A DNA stretch of 64,000 nt from Sminthopsis crassicaudata (lineage: Eukaryota): assembly GCF_048593235.1 (NCBI RefSeq), contig NC_133620.1:476254865-476318864 (forward strand). The letters run 5' to 3'. Numbering within the stretch: the stretch's first letter is position 1; each line of letters opens with the position of its first letter. The notes below the pieces were generated by a model, which searched no databases, was not told the DNA's origin, and saw only the letters and a program-made list of their open reading frames with translations. Shown here piece after piece: positions 1-11,600 of this stretch. The translations under genes were made by a program, and so were the position numbers.

Positions 1-1134
1 ATCTCTCTTGTCCCTAGCCCCACCTCCTGTCAAGTGGCTCCTTCTTGGAGGCTTGGCTGGACGCTTCTGTCTTCCAGGCTGTCCAGACACTTGAAGGTGC
101 AGCTTTCCAACTAACTTTCTTGTTTTACGTAAGATGCACAGCACATGTCTCTTCAAACAAACCTAATACACTTCCTGTTTAACATCATTTCATTTGATTC
201 AATGACTTTTATTTTTTTCAAACTTAATTAAGGACTTAGTACTTAGTTTAATGGTTTTGATTGATTGGTTGGTTGAACAGATGCATCCTTACTTGATTAA
301 GGCTGTTACTTTAAGTGAAATGAAGAGACTGATTGATTTGATCGACCCCCTCCATCTTTACAGGTGCCATGGCCCCTATGTGTTCCCGATAGCCACTGCA
401 AAATGTGTCTATCTTCATGATGTAGATAAATCCCTTTAGAGCCTCCTTTGATGGCTTAAGCTTTCTACAATGACCAACTCTGCCATCAACAATTTTATAG
501 GAAGTATCGCTCGCCATCATTCTTCTGTCATGCTGATTAATGGCTCTTTCACCTTAAAAACACTTTCAACAACCCAAGAAAACTGATGATTAATCATCAC
601 AACATGACCATAAGGTTAGTATCAATTGCTGCCTCTTGTAACCTCGGGAAAATATAAAACCTCTCTCCACACTTAGAGCTTTGCCTATTTTAGTAGCATA
701 AGGATAGATTCTCCAAATAGGTCTGTTTGTATTTCAAATGTTTTTCTTGCTGGTTGGTATAATGAGTATTCACGGCACTGTAGAATTAATGGAAAGAGTT
801 TAGAACAGGGAATCCTAATCATGAGCAAACCACTTTTAATGTCTCTGCACCTTCATTTTTTTATCTATAAATTCAGTACAATAAAATACCGAGGGGATCC
901 TGGGAAGGGCAAATGACATAATATGTCTATAAAGCATAAATGTACAAGGGCTAAATGAGTTTTAGCCCTCTTTGTGTTGCAGTTTCACATGGCAGGATTA
1001 TATAACTAAGATCTTTCTGAGATTATGTGGTGATGGAAAGAAGAATAAAGTTGATAAACGTGAGGGATATTGAAGAGGTAGAATCAACAAGGATGAGTTC
1101 CTCAACAAATAAGTAATCAAAGGATATGGGGAAA

Positions 1135-2012
1135 ATAATTCTCAAAAGAAAAATTGCAAACTATTTACAATCATATAAGAGAATGATCCAAATCACAAAT
1201 AAGCAGAGAAACACAAATCAAAATAACCCTGAGGCTTCACCTTCTGCTGAAGAAACTGGTAATAAGTGAATGAAAGTACAGTTGTGGGGGGCTGCTAGGT
1301 GGCGCAGTGGATCGAGCACCAGCCTTAAAGTCAGGAGGACCCGAGTTCAAATCTAGTCTCAGACACTTAACACTTCCTAGCTGTGTGACCCTGGGCAAGT
1401 CACTTAACCCCAGCCTCAGGGGGGGAAAAAGAAAGAAAGTACAGTTGTGGGAGGGCAGGTGTGTCTGTGCATTGTTGGTGGAACTGGCCATTAATATGGT
1501 TATTTTGGACAATAATTTTAATTATACAAGAAAAGACAATGACCATGTTAGAAACAAAGTAAATTCTTATTGAATGGAGAATGGTAAAGCAAACTGTGGA
1601 ATGCTATATGAAACAATGAATACAGAGAAGCATGGAAAGATTTACATAAATTGATGCAGAGCAAAGGAAGTAGAGCTGAGAAAGTAATATACACAGTGAT
1701 AATGCAACATAAGCAAAATAATCAAAAGTGAATGTTACAAATCACTAAGAATAAGCATGATCATAAAGAAGAGATATAAGACACTCGGACTCCAATGCAG
1801 AGGTGGGAGCCTTGTAACGGACCATTACATATATTTTCAGATGTTTTGATATATTGATCAGTTTTGCCTAGTTTTATTTTATTCCTTAGAAATGATTATT
1901 TGTTACATGGGATGGCTTCCTGGTAAGGGAAGGGCTACTAGAAGAGGGTGTGGTGATGTTAAAAAAAAATGAAAACACAAAAGATATCAATAAAAATTAT
2001 TTTTAAAAAAAC
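1135..2012 (+). mobile_element. Old L1 3' fragment (ORF2 end and 3'UTR), interrupted by a SINE
   Basis: Decayed L1-like text (CAAATCAAAATAACCCTGAG...; CAATGAATACAGAGAAGCATGGAAAGATTTACATAAATTGATGC) parallels the 3' end of the younger L1 at 5381-6934. It ends in AATAAA and an A-rich tail near 1990-2012. Boundaries approximate. Confidence 0.65.
1286..1434 (+). mobile_element. WSINE1-like marsupial CORE-SINE with target-site duplication
   Basis: tRNA-derived head (GCTAGGTGGCGCAGTGG...GAGTTCAAATC), CORE (AGCTGTGTGACCCTGGGCAAGTCACTTAACC) and A-rich tail. Flanked by direct repeat GAAAGTACAGTTGTGGG at 1272-1288 and 1435-1451. Confidence 0.9.
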
Positions 2013-3278
2013 CAATGCTGGAGAGTTGGGGTAATAGGCAACAAGGGTTCTGAGCTCAGAGTCAGGAAGACTTGATTCTAGGCCATGACACATACTATGT
2101 ATGTGAGGCTCCACTAAAAATCTGCCTCAACTTGATTTTCTTCATCTTTAAAATGAGAATAAGAATTCTCAGCATTGTTGTGAGGAACAAATGAGGCTGG
2201 TAAAGTGCTTTGCAAATGCTATAGTGCCGCATAAAGGTTAGTGTTTCTCAAGAATGGACAAAGCACGAGGTGGAGTCAGAAGGCCAAGTTCATTAACATA
2301 TCACAATCTCAGCGTTCTCATCTGCAAAATGGGACAAAAACTGTTTGCTTTTTACACCGCACTGGGTGTTTATCAGAAGAACATTTTATAAGCCTTGAAG
2401 AACTCTAGAAATAAAAGCTCATGAGATCACCAACATAGAACAAGAAGCCGCCTCGGAGTTCATCCAGGTCCACACACTTATTTTACAGATAATGAAACTG
2501 GAATCTAGGCGGGTGTTAAAAGGCAGAGTCGGGATTGCAATTCAGATCTCATGAGTCCAAGTTTCACTCCCTTCTTCCTGGACCACTCCACCTCTTATGA
2601 TGACAGCTTGAGCTAATGTGATAATCTATAGAAAAGGGGGGTGTGGATGAGGGCATAAACTGAGCAGACCAAAACTTGTGTCCGGGAAGAGGGGGGCAGA
2701 CTTATGAGCATGAACCTCTGAAAGGAGAAATGCATAAAATCTAAACCCGTAGAGGTGGTGGTGAATGTGGCCATCCTATACAAAGCTGAGAGAATCCATC
2801 TGCTCCCTCTCTACAACCTCCTGAGACCATCCTAGTCCCAAACAAGCAAGAAGAGCAAATGCAAATATTTAAGTTTCAAAGTCAACTCGTTTCAGAGAAA
2901 ATTAATAGGACATTTTTGTCAGAGATTCTGTTTGTGGAATTTCTGAGCATCAGCAATACTTCGAAATGCCCAAAGTCCACTTGGACTCAGCATAGAATCA
3001 GGAAAGCCCCCCATGCTTTGATCATGACTCTGAGAGCAACTTCAGGGGGACCAGCCGGGGAACACCAGGAATAGGGCATATTGTGTAGAGATCAAAAACT
3101 TTGAGAAGTGCCTAATTCTAAACAAACACAAAACCAAGGAGGGTTTCAATATGTCTGAGAGAATGCTCATGCCCAAGCCCAACTCCCCTCCCTCTGGGAA
3201 ATAGTAACAAATGTCCAATACAATAGACAGCAAAAAAGGACAAAGTGAGCCGTCTTTACAAGGAAAAATCACTTTCCC

Positions 3279-3281
<3 letters not shown>

Positions 3282-3312
<31 letters not shown>
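3282..3312. repeat. (CA)n microsatellite
   Basis: Seen directly. Confidence 0.95.
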
Positions 3313-3314
<2 letters not shown>

Positions 3315-3400
3315 ACGAGTTTGCAAAAAATAAAACAAAGAAATTTCCAGAAAGAACAATATACCCCAAAGGGAAAAAAGACCATTAAGGATATTGCATA

Positions 3401-3542
3401 GGGGCAGCTAGATAGTGAAGTAGATAGAGCACTGGGCCTAAAGTTAGGAAGACCTAAATTCAAATCTAGCCTCAGACTTAAACCTTATTAGCTGTGTGAC
3501 CCTGAGCAAGTCACTAAACCCCAATTGGCTCACAAAAAAAAA
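3401..3542 (+). mobile_element. WSINE1-like CORE-SINE (more diverged)
   Basis: GGGGCAGCTAG...AAATTCAAATCTAGCCTCAGAC...AGCTGTGTGACCCTGAGCAAGTCAC...poly-A. Confidence 0.85.
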
Positions 3543-3672
3543 GGCACATAAAAATACATATCAGTTAATGAATGAGCTAAGAGAGAGAGAGGTAGGGAGG
3601 GGAAGGAGGGGGAGGGGAGAGGGAGAGGGAGAGAAGGAGAGGAGATGGAGAGAGGGAGGGAAAGATATATAT

Positions 3673-3676
<4 letters not shown>

Positions 3677-3719
<43 letters not shown>

Positions 3720-3739
3720 CAGAGAGAGAGAGAGAGAGA
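3677..3739. repeat. (GA)n microsatellite
   Basis: Seen directly. Confidence 0.95.
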
Positions 3740-5380
3740 ACGAGAACACAGAAACAGAGGACAATTCTTTAGTGGGCAATGTTAATAAATAGACAGATTC
3801 TCAGAATAGAATTGCCTGGAAAAAGAACCAGTACTGAAACGTGGCAAAAACAAATAATAAAGGAAAATCAATAACAATAGACCTGGAATATTTCTAAGAT
3901 TCCCAAGTAGTGATATTCAGTAGAGCTTAGAAGGATAATCTGAGTATTGCCACTTTCCTTATAAAATATGAAGAAACTTTTTTTTAAAGTTTTAATAATA
4001 TATTTCAGTAAATCATAAATAAGTATGAGGGGATGTTAAGTAATCATCCCACCCAATTTAAAGTAACCAACAAATTATTCTAGCCTTTTGAGATATGAAA
4101 ATGAAAAGCTCAGGTGATACAGTTTCTGGGTAGCTAAGAATCAAGTTAGTAATTAGATTATCTGATAATCAAAAAAAAAAAAAAAATTGATGGTCAGTAG
4201 TCTCTCTAAGTAACCAAAGACCAAATCATGGAGATCACTGAATGTTTAAATACCTTTGGAAAAGGGGGTGCTCCTGATAGGTGAAAATCAACCCTGATTG
4301 ATGAACAATTAATGAGGAGGTAGACTTTCAAATGAGGAGAAGGGCTGAAAGCCTTCAGTTCCTGCTACTGAGAACATGGCTCAATCATGAGACTCATGTT
4401 TCCAGCAAACAGAACAAAGCAATCTATACTCAGACTGCTCTGGTTTGTTTTCTCCTTCTTGAGCCAGGTTACCCTAAAACTTTAATGGAGACACAAAGGC
4501 AAAGACGTAATATTTTGAGATTGGAATTCACCTAAATTAAATAGAAATAATGTTTCTAGTTGGGTGCGGTCCCACCTAAGATTGAGGGGGCACATATTTC
4601 TGAAGGACTGGGGTAATCACATCTATCAATTATATCATTCAGAGACTGACTGACTTATAGGAGCTAGTCCCTGATTGAAGAAATACAAAAAGCCAAATTT
4701 AATAATTGATTATTAATATAACAGAAAATAATAATTTCTCTTACCTTATCCATTTGCCAAGTGAGAAAACCTCTGGTAAATCAGTCTGTTAAGGGCATTG
4801 AACTAAGTACAAACAAATTTGGATAATCAAAGTTCGGAAGGAAAAGAACGCTTCAAATCATTGGATGAATTTAATTATGCTACACAGAAAGTATTCCATG
4901 ATTGGCTAAAGAGAGTCACGTTCAGTGAATTTTGGATCAAAATGCAAGTCAATATTCAAAACCGAGAATTTGAGAGTCTGACCAGATTCAAGGAAAAAGC
5001 CATTCCAGCCAAGGACTTGATGGGGAATTGATGGAGAGGGCAAACAGAAAAGAAGAGCATCTGCTTCCTTTGCTCCTTGACCAAAAGAAGATATTACACC
5101 TTCAAATGTCCTAAATTCTAATAGGTATCCTAGCAATGTCCCTGAAATAGAAGGGAACAAGAACTAAGGACAAGTTAGACAGAAAAAAAGCAGCTGAAGG
5201 ATTCTACGAAGAGACTAACAGAAAGCTACGTTGTGACTAAGGAGAATTCATAAGGATTCCACAAAGGAAAATAAATGATTTCCAATAATCAAGAGCTATT
5301 CTGTAACCCTTTGCCACATAAGTTCTGTAAGTTTGAACCCACTTTCCTCAGGAGATACTTTTAAAAAATATATGCTTTTG

Positions 5381-6934
5381 ACAGTCACCAAAACCATTTG
5401 GTATTGGCTAAGAAATAGACTAGTTGATCAGTGGCATAGGTTAGGTTCACAGGACAAGATAGTGAATAAAAATATCAATCTAATCTTTGACAAACCCAAA
5501 GATCCCAAATTTTGGGATAAGAATTCATTATTTGACAAAAACTGCTGGGAAAACTGGAAATTAGTATGGCAGAAACTAGGCATGGACCCACATTTAACAC
5601 CACATACTAAGATTAAATCAAAATGGGTCCAAGATTTAGGCATAAAGAACGAAATCATAAATAAATTGGAGGAACATGGGATGGTTTACCTCTCAGACTT
5701 GTGGAGGAGGAAGGAGTTTGTGTCCAAGGGAGAACTAGAGACCATTATTGATCACAAAATAGAACATTTTGATTACACCAAATTAAAAAGTTTCTGCACA
5801 AACAAAACTAATGCAAACAAGATTAGAAGGGAAGTAACAAATTGGGAAAAAATTTTTACAGTTAAAGGTTCTGATAAAGTCCTCATCTCCAAAATATACA
5901 GAGAATTGACTTTAATTTATAAGAAATCAAGCCATTCTCCAATTGATAAATGGTCAAAGGATATGAACAGACAATTTTCAGATGATGAAATTAAAACTAT
6001 TTCCACTCATATGAAAGAGTGTTCCAAATCACTATTGATCAGAGAAATGCAAATTAAGACCACTCTGAGGTATCATTACACACCTGTCAGATTGGCTAAG
6101 ATGACAGGAACAAATAACGATGAATGTTGGAGGGGCTGTGGGAAAACTGGGACACTGATGCATTGTTGGTGGAGTTGTGAAAGAATCCAACCATTCTGGA
6201 GAGCAATCTGGAATTATGCCCAAAAAGTTATCAAAATGTGCATACCCTTTGACCCAGCCATACTACTACTGGGCTTATACCCCAAGGAACTACTAGAGAA
6301 GGGAAAGGGTCCTGTATGTGCCAAAATGTTTGTGGCAGCCCTTTTCATAGTGGCTAGAAGCTGGAAGATGAATGGATGTCCATCAATTGGAGAATGGTTG
6401 GGTAAACTATGGTATATGAATGTTATGGAATATTATTGTTCTATAAGAAATGACCAACAGGAGAAATACAGAGAGGCTTGAAGAGACTTACATCAACTGA
6501 TGCTGAGTGAAACGAGCAGAACCAGAAGATCATTATACACTTCAACAATGATACTGTACGAGGATGTATGCTGATGGAAGTGGATTTCTTCAACATAGAG
6601 AAGAGCTAATCCAATTCCAATTGATTAATGATGGACAGAAACAGCTACACCCAGAAAAGGAACACTGGGAAATGAATGTAAACTGTTATTTTTACCTTCT
6701 GAATCCAATTCTTCCTGTGCAACAAGAAATTCGGTTCTACACACATATATTGTATCTAAATTATACTGTAATATATTTAACATATATAAGACTGCTTGCC
6801 ATCTGGGGGAGGGGGTTGGGGGAGGAAGGGAAAAAATCTGAATAGAAGTAAGTGCAAGGGATAATGTTGTAAAAAATTACCCATGCATATGTACTGTCAA
6901 AAAATGTTATAATTACAAAATAAAAAAAAATTAA
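5381..6934 (+). mobile_element. 5'-truncated marsupial L1 (ORF2 C-terminus, 3'UTR, poly-A) with 18-bp TSD
   Basis: Translation TVTKTIWYW...CWRGCGKTGTLMHCWWSC...CPSIGEWLGKLWY is the L1 ORF2 C-terminus including the CCHC motif. Open frame runs to a TGA at 6479-6481. G-rich 3'UTR and A tail follow. TSD AAAAAATATATGCTTTTG at 5363-5380 and 6935-6952. Confidence 0.95.
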
Positions 6935-8601
6935 AAAAAATATATGCTTTTGGCAATATATCACAGACTTTGGAGTAAAGTAAATAACTTTAATTAGAAG
7001 CTAATTGAGTTCATGTGGTTAATTAATATTGTTATAATCAATGGAGGAAGCACACCAATGGAGTTCATGAACTATAATNNNNNNNNNNNNNNNNNNNNNN
7101 NNNNNNNNNNNNNNNNNNNNNNNNNNNNNNNNNNNNNNNNNNNNNNNNNNNNNNNNNNNNNNNNNNNNNNNNNNNNNNNNNNNNNNNNNNNNNNNNNNNN
7201 NNNNNNNNNNNNNNNNNNNNNNNNNNNNNNNNNNNNNNNNNNNATGCTTCTGAGGAAAAGGAAGAAGCTTCAAAGTCCCAATCGTTCCCATGAAACCTTC
7301 AGGATCATTTGGCAATAAAGGATCCTCAGTGTCTCTCCAGGAACCCCCCTTTCCCCTCTCCCTCTCTTTTTCTCTCCCACATACAAACTTTCATAAAGGA
7401 CTGAAACAAAATAAGCAAATCACAAAGCCACGGACACCTCTGATGAAATTATGATTCGGTAAAAACATATGGAACATACAGTTCTATAAATGTCAACGTT
7501 CTTATCGACATTGGCTCAGATATGTGTGGTGAGTCCCGAGACCATGGATTCTGGGAGCTCCCAAATACAATTGTGAAAACATAAAGGAGGGAGGAGGGAC
7601 ATGGAGTGAGGCCCTTAGCAAGCTCGGGATGGGAGCTGAACTTTTATGGAATGAAAAAAGATGCCCCAAGAAGTCTCCCAAGCCCCTGAGAACAGAAGCC
7701 CGGGGAAGCCCGGCACTGCCAGGAGAAGACTGTGGGCTGCTCTTTACAGAAGAGAGAGAGATTGGGGTAATTTGGCTGCCTGGCCAGAGGCTGCAGGCGG
7801 GAAGGGGGAGAGGCCCGTCTTCACGTGCCCCATGGGAGGCCCGTGTTCTGCTGTCAGCCGGTGCCTTTGAGGCAGCCTGGGGTGTGGGGTCCAGAATCCT
7901 GGGCTTCGAGTAAGGCAGAGCAGGTTCCGCTGCCATCCCAGACACTTCCTAGCTGTGGCCCTGGGCCTGGAAGTGATCTCTGTGCTTTTCTAGGTGGGCT
8001 CTGGGGTAACAGAGATTGAGCCCCTGGAGTCCGGCAGGGCCGGTCAGAGTCTTCCCTTCTGGCACAGACTACAAGAACCCATAGCCCTCGGAACCTCCAA
8101 GTGGACTTCAGCAAAAACATCCTCCTCGGCCACCAAGGTACCGCCCGACCCCAAACATTCTGTGGGAAGGGGCTGGTCCACGGGAAAGCCCTGGAGCCCT
8201 GGGGCTTGGGTTCCAGTTCTGCCTCCAACACTAACTTCCAGAGCCTCCCTATACTCTTCAGTAGAATGGGGACAGTAGACCGGGCGGCCTCCGCTCCCTT
8301 CCGGTTCGTAAGCTGAGATCCCGCGAGTAACACGGGCTCTTGTCCTGGGGAGAGGTCAGAGCTGCTGCGTTCTCCCTCTGGGGTCTAAACTCCAAAGGCC
8401 GCTCCATACCGCAGCATTTTCATGAGACAGACTTGGCAACAAATATTTGCTCCGGGGTCAATGTGAGCGGCGCTGTTTGCTGAAAAGTGGCGACAGGGGC
8501 CAGGCCAGCGTCAGAGGGAAGGCCGCACTGTAGGGGACGCTTCATCTCCTGGGAAGCCCCCCGGCTCTGATCGGCCTTCACGGCCCGGACAGACGGCAGT
8601 C

Positions 8602-8653
8602 ATGGAGGCGCTGGCGATAATCGCTCTGGCTGCGAACATCTGGGCTGGCACAG
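8602..8653 (+). CDS. SPP2: SPP2 exon 1 (signal peptide MEALAIIALAANIWAGT)
   Basis: ATG in GTCATGG context. Hydrophobic leader. Phase-1 donor GTGGGC. Confidence 0.85.
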
Positions 8654-11600
8654 GTGGGCTCTCTCCCTAACCCTAACCCTAACCCTCCGCTTACTTCTAG
8701 TCAGCTCAGCTGGTGACTCCTTGTCTTCCCTCCGCCATTCAGGCTTCCCGGTGTACGACTACGACCCAGAAATGATGCGGGAAGCTCTTCGGGCCTCTGT
8801 GGAAAAAGTGAACGCCCAGTCTCAGAGCCCAAACCTGTTCCGGGCGTACGCGAGCTCAATCAAAAGAGTGAGTAGATTCCCAAGTGCATTGGGCTGGGTT
8901 GTTTTGTGCAGGTTTTCCTACATTTCGATTTCTTTTTTGTCAATATTGTCATCTGCAGAGATAATTTAAAAACCAGAACAGTCTCTAATTGTGTGGGGAG
9001 GACAGCCCAACATAGAGAGCCCCAGTGAGACGCTTCCTCTCCCAGCACACACCTTCTCTGCAGTTTAGGGTCTCCGTGAGTGGCCCGGGGCACGTCCAGG
9101 GTCATCCGGCCAGCGTGCATCAGGGACGGGCTTCTGGCAGGTCTTCCTGACCCAGTGGCCAGCTCAGGCTCCCGCACCGCAGACGTCTCTCATTTGATGC
9201 TCAGTCTGGAGAATGACAGCCCCTGGCTGTGGATAGGATTCGAGAAAAGTCATTGTCCAAGTCTCACTTTCTCTGACACTCACCCTCCTCTCCCACCCCT
9301 TACTTCCCCTGATTCCTCTTCCCCCCCCCATGGTCACCCCTCAGTGCTCAGACCCAATCTGGGTGGCCCCAGAGGGCGGCTCTCAGGCCACTGAGACATA
9401 AACTGTCATCCGTTGTTTGGGGAAAAAGGAGTCCAAAACTGCGATTTGAGAAATTAGTTTCCTTGAGATGATGAGGCTCCTGTCATTGGAGCGCTTCATC
9501 AGAAGCTCCACGAAAGATTGTCTGGGATGTCGGGGAACAGAGGGATGGACTGAATGACCCAGAAGGTCAGAGCTGGAAGGAGCCGTCTCGTCCAACGCCT
9601 TCAGTGCAGAGATAAGGAAGCCGGGGACAGAGAAGTCACAGCGAGTCCGTCAGTGGCGCAGCTCGGGCTGGGGCTCGCGGCTCCCCGGCCAGGGCCCCTT
9701 CTGCAGCGTCACCCGCCCGTGCCTGAGGCTCTACGGTGCTACTCGCTCAGGGCAGGAACCAGAGCCTTGGGCACCTCCTCGGACACCACCATCTCTGCCC
9801 TCAGGGCCTTTGCCCTGGCTGTCCCCCTCCCGGTTGTGTTCTTCCTCCGCAGGGCTGCCTCATGTCTCCGGCTCCCTTTGAGAATCAACTGAATCGGCCT
9901 TTTCTAATGCCTCGAGCTGCTAACGCCTTTCCCCAAGAGTCCCTTTTGTCCCAGAGACACAGACGTGTACAGACTATGTATAATGTATATAAGCACATCC
10001 ACGTGTGGGCCTATACCGTGTGGGCAGCTAGTCTGTACACGTCATCTCCGGCATTTCAGTTAAGACCCCTGAGGGCAGAGGATATTGTGATTTTTCTTTG
10101 TATCTTTACTGCTTAACACAGTGAAGAGCACGACAGCATGACCAGCTGCCCCGATGGGGACCCAACTGGAACAGGCCAGCTGGGCGACACACGTCCCCCT
10201 TCCTTCTTTTGTTCCCTACTTCCCTTTCTTCCTTCTTTCCTTCCTTTTTTTATTTCCTTCCCTCCTTCTGTCACTTCTTTCTTCTATCCCTCCCTCCCTC
10301 CTCCCTTCCTTTCTTCCTCCTGCCCTTCCTTCTTTCCTTCCCTACTTCCCATCCTTCCTTTTTTATTTCCTTCTCTCTTTTCTTCTGTCCCTCCCTNNNN
10401 NNNNNNNNNNNNNNNNNNNNNNNNNNNNNNNNNNNNNNNNNNNNNNNNNNNNNNNNNNNNNNNNNNNNNNNNNNNNNNNNNNNNNNNNNNNNNNNNNNNN
10501 NNNNNNNNNNNNNNNNNNNNNNNNNNNNNNNNNNNNNNNNNNNNNNNNNNNNNNNNNNNNNNNNNNTGCCCTCCCCTTCTTTCCCTTCCTTTACCCTATC
10601 TTTTCTTTCCTTTCCCTTCCCTCCCCGCTCTCCCTCTATCCCCACAGTGAGCACCTGGGAGTGCTCTGACCACGGGACGTACATTGTGGTCATGGAGACC
10701 TTGCAAGATCTCCAAGCTTGGGGGTCTGGGATGTTTTTAATGAGGTAAAAGGCCACTCTCTGCCCCATTCACTAGCCGGCCTTCGGCACTACATGGGCAG
10801 GTGCCTCAGTCAGGCTGAGAGACTTGAGCTTCAGGGCCAAGGTCTCAATGCATCGGGGCCGTCTCCAGCTGTCCTGATCTACATCTTGCTACTGGACTCA
10901 GAGGGCTCTGGAGGGGAACGTGAGGCAGGTGACGTCGCACCCCTCCCTCACTTCAATCCAATCCACGGCGAGTCTAGACATCGCCCCATGACATCATTGG
11001 TCTTCCCCCTTAACAGTGCTTGGTGTGCAGTAGGTGCTTAATAAATGCTTATGGCCTGTTTGCTCCCGACCCTTCAGTACAAGCAACAAAGTCAGGGAGC
11101 CTCTTAAGTACCTTAGCTTCAGATCTGAAAGATTGAGGAGATGGAGAAGTAACGAAAGGCAGCCGCTGGGGCACATGGAGCCGGGCTGGCTCCCCCCTGT
11201 GACCCCACTTCTGGGGGCTCCTCCCTGCTCTCCCTGGAAGCTCTGGCAGCTCTCGGCCATCTCTGGCTGGCAGTGGGGGACCCCCACACCAAAGAAATTC
11301 CTTGTCAAACTCGTCCAAAAATAGGGTTTAAAACCAGAAAGTTCAGAGATCTTATGAGAGCCATTGCCCCCCTGCGGCAAGGAGGAGAGGCTCCTTAAAG
11401 CTCTAACTCTAACCCTAAATTCGCCTTCCGACTCTATCACGTCCTTAAAGCGGAGATCAGCCTGGGTGGGGCTGGCCAAGGGGGGCGAATGACTCCGGAA
11501 GCGTCTTCTTCATGGGCGCCTTGGCTAACTGCAGGGACTTTCAGGCTGAGAAGCGGTCAGTGGGCAGCACTTAGGGCCCCTCTGTGTGGCGGGCATCGGG

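Noticed and set aside
311-520. 69-aa minus-strand ORF that looks vaguely protein-like
   Set aside because: No recognisable motif, no convincing splice sites and no partner exons.
1286-1360. tRNA gene (A/B-box-like sequence)
   Set aside because: It is the tRNA-derived head of a SINE, followed by CORE and tail. No cloverleaf or terminator.
4819-5160. Short ORFs on both strands in the AT-rich block interrupted by the L1
   Set aside because: Not recognisable as gag/pol/env or transposase, and stops are frequent. Left unclassified; probably an old repeat.
5333-6481. 382-aa ORF as a host gene
   Set aside because: It is L1 ORF2 C-terminus from 5381. The first 16 codons are flanking DNA and TSD.
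1-8500. TRPM8 terminal exons, expected upstream of SPP2 from eutherian synteny
   Set aside because: I found no frame resembling the TRPM8 C-terminal coiled coil. The region is repeats and unclassified AT-rich DNA.
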